A DNA stretch of 64,000 nucleotides from positions 5,766,001 through 5,830,000 of the forward strand of contig CP075495.1 in the NCBI GenBank assembly GCA_021613535.1, read 5' to 3'. Source of the DNA: Adineta vaga (taxonomy: Eukaryota > Animalia > Rotifera). Made by a program: the position numbers and the translations under genes. This document shows, piece by piece, positions 1 to 12,873 of this stretch (the first letter of the stretch is position 1; each line of letters begins with the position of its first letter). Below the pieces are notes generated by a model. The model searched no databases and was not told where the DNA came from. It saw only the letters and a list, made by a program, of their open reading frames with translations.

Positions 1-1096
1 TCATTTGGATATACTTAAATATATATTCTAAAATTATCATCTTATCCATTTCTGATTGAATGAGCAACACAAGAGATTACATATTGTTATTCATGTAATA
101 GAATGATGATCTTTCTTCATTCAATGATTGAAAGCGTGAATTGCAGTTCTAATTGGATATAGAAAAGGATCTCCTGCAATGCAATTGACACAGCGGGTTA
201 GATGATGCATTTTGTCGAAGATGCGTTAAAATTTTTCTTCTTTTTATTTTCTTTCTTGAAGATTATGTCACGCATGCAAATTCAATTGTATTGTCATTAT
301 TTGAAAATTCAAAAGTCAATAGCGTTTTTTCCTCGACTACATCTGTACGTTTATTTATATAGAGATGAACATGATTGCCTTAAAGCAAGTTCAAATATGC
401 AGGTGAATAGTCTTTTAAAGATCATTTTATCATTATAAGATGGTGTAATTATTGACCATCTGCATTGATGAGCATGTGTATACGTGTTTTCTATCTGTAT
501 GGATAAAGAATGCGAAAATAAGCTTCTAATCATATTTAGATTTTTATTACATGTTGAAACAATAAAATGTGTCGATCTACAGGTGTGACTTTCACATGAA
601 CATCTGTGAGATAAAAATATTGACAAAAACAAAGTTGCAAGTCTTTTTCTAAGATGCTGTTGCACATTTACCTAGAACAGATACAAGAAATATTTAAAAA
701 ATAAGAAACAAGAATACTTTATGAATTTGATTCATACGAAACTGATGTTTTTATAGTTTTCCTGTAAGACAAAGAACTTACGAGTCAATGTAGTAACTAA
801 AATTGGTACAAGAATGACTGCACCTATACTGACAATAACAGCAGTTGCTGCCATAGCAAACAATAAACGATGATGCCGATCACGTATTTTTGGTTGTCTT
901 ATGTCACTAAAAAATATAATTATGTAATACATTCATTCTATTGAATTTCTTTCAAATATACCGAGATGCTAAATCACTGAATGTGAATGGACTTAAAATT
1001 TCCGTTCTCTAGAAATATCAAAGATGTTTTCATTAAAATTTCAAAAACAAATACATAACTTACATAGGCAGGTGAAGATGCTATTGGGGTAACCAT
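1..1096 (-). CDS. Multi-exon gene (or relic) for a single-pass membrane protein of unknown function; 3' part uncertain or off the window
   Basis: ATG at 1096. GT-AG exons 1096-1064 (MVTPIASSPAY), 1008-962 (RTEILSPFTFSDLASR) and ~907-783 (DIRQPKIRDRHHR followed by hydrophobic LLFAMAATAVIVSIGAVILVPILVTTL) join in frame. Downstream exons could not be joined cleanly. Confidence 0.35.
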
Positions 1097-1625
1097 TTTA
1101 GTTCGTATAATATATACTTGTATTTTATGCGGATAAGTACTTTGTCAAAATGCTTCTCGTTTCAAATGAATGCTCACTTTTAAGAGCACAACGTTAGATA
1201 GAAACTGTAACCTATTAAGCAGCTGCCGTAGACTTTGTATTGCGTATAAAAGTATTTTTTACCTGCTCTGAGAAATTGAAAAAAGTCCTTTTGAATATCA
1301 TGATGAAATACTGAAAGTTAATTATTTGTAGAAGTATTCTTGAGTAAAACTGCGTTTTATCATAAAGGGAATTGATTTTAGAAAGCTTAAATGAAAGTAC
1401 TAGGACAGTTGAGGTTTCAACTGATGAGTATATACATATATACAATATAAATACATATTCCATGCTGTATAGTTAAAACGTCAAAATGTTTTATTGAAAA
1501 TTTTTTATATATTTGCTAACGAGTTTATACGCTTCTGACAGAAAGAACAATGAAAATTTAAATAGTTTTCTAATAACTTCTGCTTCTTACATACATGTCA
1601 AGCTTGAAATTTATATTCAATTGAC

Positions 1626-1809
1626 AAAAAGAGTTTCACCGAACCTTATCGAGGAGAAGATCCTTTGGGATTCCGTATCGATTTACTGAACCAAAAAAAG
1701 TTCGGTAGAATGTTCACCAATCTTCTTCGAGTTCGGCAAATCGATACGGAGTCCCAAAGGATCTTCCCCTCGATACAGGTTCGGTAAACTCCTATTTTTT
1801 TACAGTGTA
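1626..1809. mobile_element. Palindromic MITE-like element
   Basis: 1626-1691 (aaaaagagtttcaccgaaccttatcgaggagaagatcctttgggattccgtatcgatttactgaac) is the imperfect reverse complement of 1731-1800, with a ~40-nt spacer. The right end reads ...ttttttacagtg-ta. No ORF. Confidence 0.7.
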
Positions 1810-2116
1810 TCTCCAATCAAACAGTTCAGTTGAAAAACAGAATTTTCAATTGAATTCAAGTTTCCAGTTAGACACTACCGACTTTTCGACACGTGCAATG
1901 AATGATTTACTTAGACATATTGAATAAGATCATAATTCTGAATATAACAAAATGGTTGATGAGCGACGAAACTCCATGAAGATTTTAAATGAGGCTGTTA
2001 TGTAGTTATCCGACGAGGTAATATATTTCCGGATTTTTCATTGATCATTTTTTAAATAGGATGAGATGAATTTTGATTTTCAACCAATATCAACATAATC
2101 GAATATTAACCAACAA

Positions 2117-2376
2117 CCCAGGTCTAAGAAAACGACGTCGTAAACTGCCTTAAACGACGGGAAAACGGCGAAAACCGGCACTAATACGCCACCGTAATCC
2201 GTTAACCCAGAAATGTATAGAAATACAGTGTAAAAAGATGGTCGTTTCGCAGCAAGAAACGGCGATCGTAGTCCGAAGTGCCGGATAACGGCAAAATACG
2301 GTCAAAACTAAGGCAGTAAATTGCTGTTTTCTAACCGTTTTCGGTTGTTTAAGATGCCGTTTCCGACCACCTGAAT
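2117..2376. mobile_element. GC-enriched MITE-like element with degenerate terminal inverted repeats
   Basis: The start cccaggtctaagaaaacgacgtcgtaaac resembles the reverse complement of the end (attcaggtggtcggaaacggcatcttaaac). Internal aaaacgg/ccgtttt motifs recur. GC is well above the flanks. Confidence 0.5.
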
Positions 2377-3574
2377 GATCGTCCTGAGAATATTCTTCAA
2401 TAAATAATGATAAAAATCATCTCGTCTTATCTTCATCATCTTCTGTAGAAAAAAAAAATACTCCACTGAATCTAATAGTTCATGTATGTATGTATGATAA
2501 TCAAATACCTATCGGCATGCAATCTTTACTATTTAGTACTTTCTTTTTCTAAATATTTTTTTCCAATAGAATGATGATAACAGATTATTTGATCGTCAAC
2601 AGTTATTGTCAACAAATTTGAATACGATTCCACAAAGTGATGCAAATGTTCATATTCAATTTTTGCACGGTTCAAATATCGAAAGCGATGTTCAAATGAA
2701 TCATCAGGTTTGTTTTATAACTTGAAAAAAAGTTAAAATGACCTTATCAGTTAATTATCGTAAGATAAAATAGACATTGTTAGTATTGACGATTATACAT
2801 TTCTCTTTTCTTAATCGTCGGTATTGACAATGATTTTGAATCATCGTCAATTCAACGACATTTATCTATTCATTACTATTTCATTTCTATTTTTCTCTTC
2901 TATGTAACAATACAGCATGTTTTTCTTTATCATTTTATCGCTCAACTTTGATAGTTCAAATTAAAAAAAAAATGTCTCAGAAAGAAGATGTACATACTCT
3001 TTTTTATTTACTATTAATATGTTATATGTATTTTTTTTATAGAGTAAAGAGGATCAAGCCAAAGTTGTAGTGAATCAGCTAAACTTGGATCTTCAATAGG
3101 AAAAAATAAATTTGGCTCAGTTTTCTGCTGCCATGACACATGCACTGCAAACTCCATTATTCAAGTTGAACAATATGAGTTAAAAATATTCTCATGTTTA
3201 TTTAAAAGATGAACTTCACAGCGTTTCACTCGATTAAGATTTTTTGTTAGTCATCTTACAGGTTTTTTTTCCAATAAAATTTATTTTGAAGATCTATGCA
3301 GTGAATAAAAACACACACATACCCGCATCATTAAATCAAATAAGGATTTGGAATTGCACTTGAAGAACATGATTGACCGTAGTTTGAATAAAGATCAGTT
3401 GAATATTGATATCAATTTGAGATAATCGACATTTATTAACATCTAGATGAATGAAAATTATTATGATAGAAAGATAAGTATATTTTAAAGACATGGTTAG
3501 TTGCAGAAATATAAGTGAACAAATTGTTTTTTATGATATATTATAGAGGAAGATAGTCGACATATAATTTTCCA

Positions 3575-5180
3575 TTGTGTTGTGTTAATTCTAGTAGATA
3601 TTGTATTCATAATGATTTCATCTGTGATGGTCTTTTAGATTATTCAATGGGTGATGATAAAAATTGTTGTTATAATCTCAAATCTAGTCATTTGTCTATG
3701 GACGATTGTGTTCCATTAGCAGAGAAGACTTTAACTAAAGAAGAATATTTCATCTGGACATTTTTGATAGAAGACGATCACCATCGAAATATTTCCTCAT
3801 TGATAATCTATCTGTATATCTCGATTTATCTCATTCTTCTTCAATCGAAACAACTGATGAAAACAATTTGACAATTACTACTGATAATGATATTATTATT
3901 CGAATAAATCTATCTATATATCTTGGTTATAGATGTCAATATCGAAGTCAACGTGTTAGTTTAACAGTACGTATAAGCACAGCAATGCAATGGCGAGAAG
4001 TGTTCGCTATTGTATTTTCATTAGTTGATTCGAATGAAACCGAACAAAATGAATATTTAGGAATTCGTGATTGTCATACAAAATTCAATATTAATTTATT
4101 ATATGTTAATCGACCTAAAGATCTTCAATCAACAAATGATTCTATTATAATCAATGCTTTTATGAAGAATTCTAAGACAATTAAACACCCTATGAGTTGG
4201 CAATTTCCGATTTCATTTTAATTTTACCTGTAAATCGAATGGCATTTAATATTAGTATATCTGTTCAATCTAATAATCTTCTCGTATTGAAATCCAATTG
4301 TACTCGAGAATGTGAACCAAATTCGTGTTGTTTCGGAAAATTATGTATTTGTTTGCTAGATAAAGTAGGTTCACGTTGTCTACTTTCACATTCTATATGT
4401 TTTTCTAATCCATGTCGAAACAGTGGTACATGTGTTCCTACAGATTTACGTATAACTAAACGTAGTTTTTATTGTATTTGTCAAATAGGTTTTTCTGGAC
4501 ATCAATGTCAAATAATTGATACTCGTATTGATATATTTTTTGAAAAACATATAAATATTACTATAACAAAACAACCATTTATTATTCGAATTTCAATAAT
4601 GATCGCTATAATTATGTTTCGTATTTCTTTTACTAGTAGTATTTTATCTTTAATTACTTTTCGTAGTAAACTTTTACTTACAATTGAATGTCATTATTAT
4701 TTACTAAGTTCAACAATAACATGTTTATTTATAATGATAATATTTAATTTAAAATTTTTTCTCTTAATTATATTTCAAATGGGTTTAATTACATATCGTA
4801 CTTTTCTTCTCATTCATTGTATTTCAATTGATTTTTTTCTACGAATTTTTCTCAATATGAATGATTGGTTACATACATGTGTATCTATTGAACGCGTTAT
4901 TACAGTTATAGAAGGTATCAGTTTTAATCAACCAAAAAGTCGACAAATAGTTAAATGGATTATTGTATCACTCACATTATTACCACGTCTTATTATTTCT
5001 CTTCTACCAGATTGTATGGAAACAATAAGAAATCCATGGCTTCGTTTGATTACTTATTGGTTTTCTTTTATACCATCGATGGTTATTTTTCCTATATTTA
5101 TTTTACCTTCGAATATATATAGAAACGCTTTCAAAGATGCTGTAAGACATTTAGTATTCAAACGAATGTGTCAGCGATGA
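3575..5180 (+). pseudogene. Degraded LDL-receptor class A / EGF / rhodopsin-type 7TM gene
   Basis: LDLa-like CIHNDFICDGLLDYSMGDDKNC; YRCQYRSQRVSLT segment; EGF CFSNPCRNSGTCVP...CICQIGFSGHQC; 7TM with CVSIERVITV (DRY-equivalent) and a TM7 FILPSNIYR. The sequence is spread over three frames with no usable introns, and internal blocks (ectodomain, TM5-6) are missing. Confidence 0.7.
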
Positions 5181-5468
5181 ATTATTACATGTCGTATGTA
5201 ATTAGCCAATTATTTTGTTGGATAATTTCATATTTGATATCATCGAAATGTTTTTGTCGATCAGAAAACCAAATAACACCATTATAAATATATTCCACCC
5301 ACCCTACGTTAGTTTCTTAAAATGGTTATTTTAGTTTGACAAAGAATACGAAAACATATTGAATCAGGTGAAAACACATCGTGTTTATTGAAAACAAAAA
5401 AATCAAAACTAACAGAAAACATAATTCAATCTAGATAGGTAATGAATTTCAACAAATGAAATTTTCCA

Positions 5469-7794
5469 TTATACTAAATGATCTAGAATGAAAAAGTTAA
5501 AAGGATAAAATAATACGTTATGCAAACAAGAAAATTTTTATTTACCTCGATTAGGTAAGACAATGGGGTCAGTATCGTTATATAGCACAGTATGTATTTG
5601 TGATCGAAGAGAATACTTAATGAACAAAGACTTTTCTTCACCTATACATGGATCATAAAAACCGGTTAAATTTGATTTTGATACTGTTGTTCCAATTCTT
5701 AATGTAGAATCTTTCACAAGAGCTTGTAACGGAACAGTAACATCAATGATTTTTATTGGATTTTCATGTAGTGTTGTTGTTGATGATAGTGACAATTGAC
5801 CATACCTTGCTTCCTGTATAATCAAACCTTCTGAACCTTCTCTATCTTTAATTTGTTCAACAAGTGATCGTAATACTTCTTGAGCATTCATTGCTTCTCG
5901 TCGTCTTTCTGCTTGTTTTTCACGTGCTTCATCTTCATGTTTTTTTTGTTCACTAAAAACAAAAATATTTCATAATAAATGATTAGATGAAACATTTCTT
6001 TACCGTTCTCGTTCCGATCGAGTAAATGGTCGAATAATAAGACGATCAAATATGAAATAAGCTAATACTGGTGCAGTTGTTGCATAAAATACTGCACTTG
6101 GAATAATTTCATTTGAAATTTGAAGTGGAAATGTAAATGTTTGACTACCACGTATGAACCTAAATTGATTTATATTCAAACGATAGTTTTCTCTTACATG
6201 AATGATAATATAGAAGAATCTGAAGTAAAAAGAACATACTTCAATCTTAGTAGTACACCCATTCTGGAACTGATTGCGACAGTTGCCGAACCCTGAGTGT
6301 ATTTGGTTAATTGACGATCAATGCCATACTCTAACCATGGTCCAAATACAAATAATCTGTGAAAATAACCAAAGAATGTAAAATAAGTTAGTTTTACATC
6401 TCTCTTACTTAAGACTACATCTCATATTACAAACATTGGGCACGCGATATACACCATCAATAGCACCAAAGGTATTCACGAATCCAAGCTAAAACAATAT
6501 CTAATTTAGTGAATGATCGATTTTTCTTATCAATAATTACTTGAACAGCACTTGAGACTGCTACCTTTTGATTATCATAATGAAGACCACCTTTCATAAA
6601 TGAATCAGCACCTGTTTTCCATTCCAAACTACTTGTTAAATGATGACTTAATTGATAAGAAATCGAAAAAACAAATCCTGGTGTAGCTATAGCTGAACCA
6701 CCATCAACAAGACCGATTGTAGCAGCAACACTTGCTTGACTAAACTGACCAAAAAATGTCACGTAAATGAACAGATCTATCAAATGTTAGTCTACCTACA
6801 CTTTTTGTGTTAAACGACGAAAATAACGAAAAGCGGCCAAATTATGTTGACCAAAACTTAAATCAATCTGAAATACTTCATTCATGAAAGAAAAAGAGTA
6901 GATTAATAATAAAATTTAACATACACGAAACCAAGATAGGTCAGCAAGAACACGACGAAATGATGTTGTCAATGAACCTGTACCACGTCCATTTTGTGTA
7001 GATACTGCAGCAGTTACATTAGCTGTATCTTGACTTGTTAGTGGTATATCAATGCCTTGTGCAACTGTAAATTCTGTCATTTCAATAACAGGTGAAAAAT
7101 CACTGAGAAAAAAAAACACGAATATAATGGCAATTATGATATTCACTTCGAATTTACCTATTTTCATCGGATGAATTCATTTGATCTAATACATCTGTTA
7201 AATTTACTGTCATATGTACAGAACCCTAAACATAAAATAAGTAATCTTTCATAATATTGCATCATACTAACACTTGGATTAGTTATTTGATTAAAACGTC
7301 GTTCTTCACGTTCTTTTGCTAATCGTTCATATTCTTCAAGAATTTCACGAGCTGTTTTGGTTCGGCTAACAACCTAATAATAAAACTATGATGTATTTTG
7401 ATTTTTTAAACGAATATGATTTACCTCCCATCCTTCTGCTTTTAAACCTTTCATTCCAACAACATCATAGATAGCCCGTTTTTGTGGATCGTTCAAAATA
7501 TCATAAGCTTTCTTCACTCGAATGAAAAGATCCATTGCTAATTGTTTATTTCGAGGATCTGTATGTTTATCAGGATGATAGAGTAGTGTTAATCGGCGAT
7601 ATGCTTGTTGAATTGTTGCTACATCTGCCTAAAATATATACTTCTGTGGTCAAGAATTATTGATTAAATAAACATACATCTTTATTAATGTGTAATGTGG
7701 CATATAAATCACGTTCAGTATCATGTACATCAAGATCATCAGAGAAGAAGTCGGATGAATTATCATCATGATTTTCATTATCACCCGATGCCAT
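5469..7794 (-). CDS. DNAJC11: DnaJ homolog subfamily C member 11 (mitochondrial), multi-exon
   Basis: ATG 7794. J-domain LYATLHINKD/ADVATIQQAYRRLTLLYHPDKH...KAYDILNDPQKRAIYD; EILEEYERLAKEREERR; C-terminal GLIIQEARYG...IDVTVPLQALVKDS...GFYDPCIGEEKSL. Last micro-exon DHLV* ends at 5469. Confidence 0.93.
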
Positions 7795-8821
7795 AATTTA
7801 CCGAGGAAAATAAACTAAAAATTGCCTAAGTCTAATTATGATCAAGTATATAGTTATTGAAAAATTCGTTTAATGAGATTGAGATAACCGACATACAATC
7901 ACTCTCACTCGCCACAATTATATAAAAGTGTATGCAATGCAATTTATTCTTAACCATACAAACCAATCAAATTACACTCCATGGTATACCGTTTTCCTTC
8001 TGCATTTTCGTTATATTCATCCATGTAGGACAGGACAGGACAGTACATGTCTTGACAGAGTAAAGAAAAATGAATATAGAATAATCGAACATTGTAATGT
8101 AATAAAAATTTTATTCAGAGTCAGATATGAAATTTAGTTAGATTTCATCATTTATCTACTTGATAGAATGTTGAATCGTACGGCTGCTATCTGATTGAAA
8201 AATTCATTTCATATTTTTGCAAATTATTATTTTTTCATAACGACAAACAATTGAGTTCATGGATGACAGATCATCATCAATTACTTATCATCTTTTAAAG
8301 TTATATTTACCTGAAGAAAAACAAAATATGCTTATAAAAGAATGATAAAACACAAGATATTTAGATCTTTGTATTTTCTATCGTGCTTATAGTTTATACT
8401 AAATTAATAAGAGATATAGCATGTTGAAGAGTCCGAATAATAGAAGTCAAGGATAAATAGATACAGATGGTCAATGATCATGAACAAACAAAAATAGAAT
8501 TTGCTCAATATGCACCTGTTTATCACAGCATGTACATACTAGAGAGAAAAAAAATGCACTATTCAATAAATAATGAATATAAAGCTTAATCATATTTGTA
8601 TAAGCAACATTCATACCAATGGTATTCTACTCTATTTTGTGCAATTCTGTCTGGCTTTCCATGAATAGTTGTACAAGACTGTTACTTTTACATATCGACT
8701 GAAGATGAACGACAAACAAAAAGTATTCAGAAATAAACTTATATCTGAATGTTTATGATGATATTTTATTGAATAAAAGTTCGATTATGCATAACAAAAG
8801 AATTCACTTTTATTTATTTAT

Positions 8822-9364
8822 TCAAACTAAAAAATCTTGGTACGGATCATTGGAGGTAACATATTTCACGAATTCTTCGCGCGTAACTTTAGCTTTATCA
8901 GTTCCATCACATATTTCAAGCCATACTTGTTCAGGTTCATCGACTTTTTTAATCCCATAAAATTCTTTGATACATTGCAAAATCTTTTGTCCATATTTAC
9001 GTGAAACATTTTCATGATCTGCACCCTTCGGATTATGTGTATCGATGACATACGAAAGTCGAGAAGCACCATCCATAGTCTCACTTAACATAACAACACA
9101 AGAAAAAAGTTGTTCAGTTGATAATTTACCATCTTCTTCGAAAAATCCCAATGCCGTATCAACTTGCTTTTGATTATCAAAACCTACACCCATTTGATTG
9201 ATGAAATGACGACAATCAACTCTGCTAACAAGAACTGGATTTTCACTTCCATGTTTACGTTTGCTCTCTTCGTGCATATCCATAAATTGTTGTCGTTTGA
9301 TACCTGTAATATCTTCTAAACGTTTCATTTCCAAAGATGTTCGATTGCTGTTTGAATTTCCCAT
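8822..9364 (-). CDS. Intronless 180-aa N-myristoylated EF-hand-like protein (NCS/recoverin/calcineurin-B-like, degenerate loops)
   Basis: MGNSNS myristoylation motif; EF-like loops EEDGKLSTEQL and DGTDKAKVTREEFVKYV; size typical of NCS proteins. Confidence 0.65.
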   Translation of the reverse strand: MGNSNSNRTSLEMKRLEDITGIKRQQFMDMHEESKRKHGSENPVLVSRVDCRHFINQMGVGFDNQKQVDTALGFFEEDGKLSTEQLFSCVVMLSETMDGASRLSYVIDTHNPKGADHENVSRKYGQKILQCIKEFYGIKKVDEPEQVWLEICDGTDKAKVTREEFVKYVTSNDPYQDFLV

Positions 9365-10052
9365 CGTATTGCTTACACTTTCTCAATATGATGTTCGAAA
9401 AGAAATGAATAAAAGAAAAGTTACAAATGCAGATGAATGTTTATTGAACTGTGACGAAGTATTATTTCGTCCTCATATATGATTTGATGATTATATAGAA
9501 ATGATAGTTGACTGACTTTAAGGATGTACTGGATATTTTTTTTTGCTATTTATTGAAGATTTTCTTTATGGAGCGATATTGCTTATTGAGTAGCTTTTAT
9601 ACATCGAATGAATTCTTTCATGAAATATCAACACCATGAAAATTCACTACGATCAATAATACCTTTCTATTTAATGTGATCACAAGGAATTCGATCGTAT
9701 TTAATATTAAAATAAAGCAATTATTTTTCGATCAATAGAAAGGATAGAAATCGTATTAATAACTTTATTAATTACCTCACTCGGATACACTTATGCAACG
9801 TTATCATGCGTTCTTTTTATGTGTAATATTTCGCTTCATTATCAGCTGATATATGATAACGTACGATAGTAGTAGTTTTTTCGTTGAAGCGCTCTTGAGA
9901 ATTTTGTACGTGCAGCTATCCGCATCAGTAGTGACATCATACCTTCTGCTATTGATAAAATTAATCACCAATCAAAATACAATGCTGTATATACTACATG
10001 AGTAAGAAAAGAAAGCACATGAGCTATATATGTCATCTGTTATTCGTTTAAA

Positions 10053-12642
10053 ATGTCTCTACAAGATACTCGTAAATTATCTTCTGTATTACGATCAATT
10101 GAAGTAATTGAAAGTAAGTTAAATTAAAGATTAAAATCGACCTAATAAATCATTGTTGTATAAATTTTAGATAAAGCAAATATACTTTTTACTGACTATA
10201 CAACGTCGAACAATGAGATTGATCATATACAATCGATACCGATTGATGACACAAATATGCATTTACAAATATTTTTTCAACATCTTGAAAAATTATTACA
10301 AATTGATTTACGAAGTATGATATAGAAATACTTTTGTTATGGTAAATTCAAGTTAAAATAATCATATTTAGGTCGAAAATCATTATTAAATAATCAACGA
10401 AATTATTGGGATTTCTTTCTTCGTACACTTAAAGAAAGTAAAGGTCTCTATGATACCGTACTCTACGTTCTCAATAGTCAAGAAGTAAAAACATCGATCG
10501 GTCGTGGTCGATTATTTCTTCGATTTTGTTTGCAAAATCATCGTCTTGGTGATGTGATACAACAAAGTTTTATGATTACAAAATTTGTCCAGTAAGATAC
10601 ATGATATCAAACAAAATAAATCTTTCAACGAATTTTTTTCTTTAGTCATTTCTATCATGATGATTGTTTTTGGAGAAAAACTATGTATATAAATCGTATT
10701 ATTCAAGCATTATATCAATTAAATGATGCACAATTCGATCTTCTTTCAACTTCACAATATCAATTGGATGTTTGTTGGCCTACATCAGAGTAACATGTCT
10801 TGCTACTTTCATTGTAAAAATTTTATTTAAGAAGTTATCCTTTTATAGATCAGTTGATTTACGTTCAAAGCATTTATCTGATGCTACATCACGATTACGT
10901 ACTAATAGCATTTCAAGCTATATATCAATGGTATGAAAACAAGATTTCTTTGTTTGTTTTTTAAACAAAAAAGTGAAATTTATTATAGGATAGTATTTCT
11001 TCTCAATCGATGATATCATCTTCTTTTCCGATGGCAATGTCATATATTCATGTAAAATCAAAACTTATGATTTAATGAGAAGAAGAGATCAATTGCATTA
11101 ATTTCATTTTAGAATCTTGAATTATCGATGAATGATGGTAATTCACCTTGTTCAATTTCATCAATTGATGAATATCCAGAAAATACATTGAATTATTGGA
11201 AAGACCGGTAAGAGATTTATGGAAAAATATCTTTTTTTGAAAAACTTTGTTTTCTTATTAGCTGTCATCAATTAGAAGTTGAATTACAAGCAAATCATGA
11301 ACATCCTCCATCGAATGATGTGCAAATACAGTGTTCAGTTGATAAGCATGATGAAATCAGTCAAACAATCGATAATAACATTATTAATAACGATGAGAAT
11401 CTCAAACCTGAAAACGATCTATTAAAAAGCGAAATCAATGATCTCAATTTTCAACTTTCTACTCTTATTATTCAACGTACAACGACGGAAAATGTAAGAC
11501 CAAAAACAAACGACAGAAATTAATCCGTGATAGATCGACATTTATTCATATTTTTAGAAAATAAAAGAATATGAACGTGAAGTAACAAAATATCAAACAT
11601 TATTAGAAGCAAAAGCAAAAGTTTCAAATGAATTACAACGTAAATTCGATGAACAAACCAATCAAATCAAATCAATTGTATATATTTTCTTTATCGGAAA
11701 AACAAAACAATCTTAGTTTATTATTTCATCTTTTCAGCAAGAACAACATTCGATTCATACAAATAAACAAGAGAAACGAATTGATCAACTCGCAAATGAA
11801 GTACAAAAAGTAAGACATACGTGTTAAATAATGGTAAGAAATATCAATGATTTAATTTAGACAACAAAATTACTTGAAAATGAACGATTATTAATTGAAA
11901 AAGAACGAGTAAGAAGAAATAACAAGAGAGATGATTTCTTTTTCAAGATAATTTATGATTCTTTTAGAATGAACATAGTAAAATTCAAGATCAATTGGAA
12001 GCTTCTATTCAAGAAAAGACACTCGATTTTGAAGAAATGAAACGTCGATTGATTAAAGCAATTCGGTAGAGGAGCAAATAAATAATCATTTTCAAACTCT
12101 GAATTTTCTTTATATTTTAGTGAAAAAGCTGATTTATTCAATTCAATTTATTCTTACGAAGTTAAACTTGAAGAAGAACAAGCAAAACAATGTGTACATG
12201 AAGATGATGTAACAAACTGTACAAAATGTGACACAGCATTTGGATGGACTTTAAGAAAAGTTTGTTTAGTCTTTTCTTTTTTCATTTCATCTTTAATTAA
12301 GATTATCTTATTTCAGTATCGTTGTCGTCATTGTCAAAAAATCTTCTGTTATTATTGTTCAAATCATTGGCAACCAGGTTCAACGCCCAAGTTTGTTTTT
12401 TGAATATCTTATTAAAAGAAATAAATGAATAAGACAATGTTTATTTTAGTATTCAACATCGTTTATGTGATTTTTGTAATGAAAAATATGTCAAAGAATC
12501 TCTCATGTCTAATTATACCGTGCTTGATGATCCTGAAAAAGATACTGAAACAAAAAATGATGTCGATCTCAAATTTGAAGTACGATCTGAACGATTAGAT
12601 TCATCAGCAGATGCTTCTTCGTTACCTGCAGAACAATCATAA
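10053..12642 (+). CDS. RUN + coiled-coil + FYVE domain protein, FYCO1-like, multi-exon
   Basis: Spliced RUN domain FFQHLEKLLQIDL...NYWDFFLRTLK...EVKTSIGRGRLFLRFCLQNHRLGDVIQQSF resembles FYCO1. Coiled-coil exons follow, then FYVE CTKC...CRHC..IFCYYCS...RLCDFC. Stop TAA at 12640-12642. Confidence 0.8.
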
Positions 12643-12873
12643 CGAAGATCTTCTTTTCCTTCTCATTGTAAAAATTATACTTTTGTAAATTATTTTACTT
12701 CTTTTTTTTTTTTATAAATTATCATAATATTGATATATGAATAAAAGATATACGGGTAGTTTTATTAACTTGAATTATATTTTTTGCGAAGCGGAATGAA
12801 TATTTTATATTGCTGTATTGAAACAAATATAAGAGAAAAAGGAAGCACACGAAGAAGATTAACAAAAAAAAAA

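Noticed and set aside
8026-8044. (GGACA)n short tandem
   Set aside because: Only 3-4 units with no flanking element structure.
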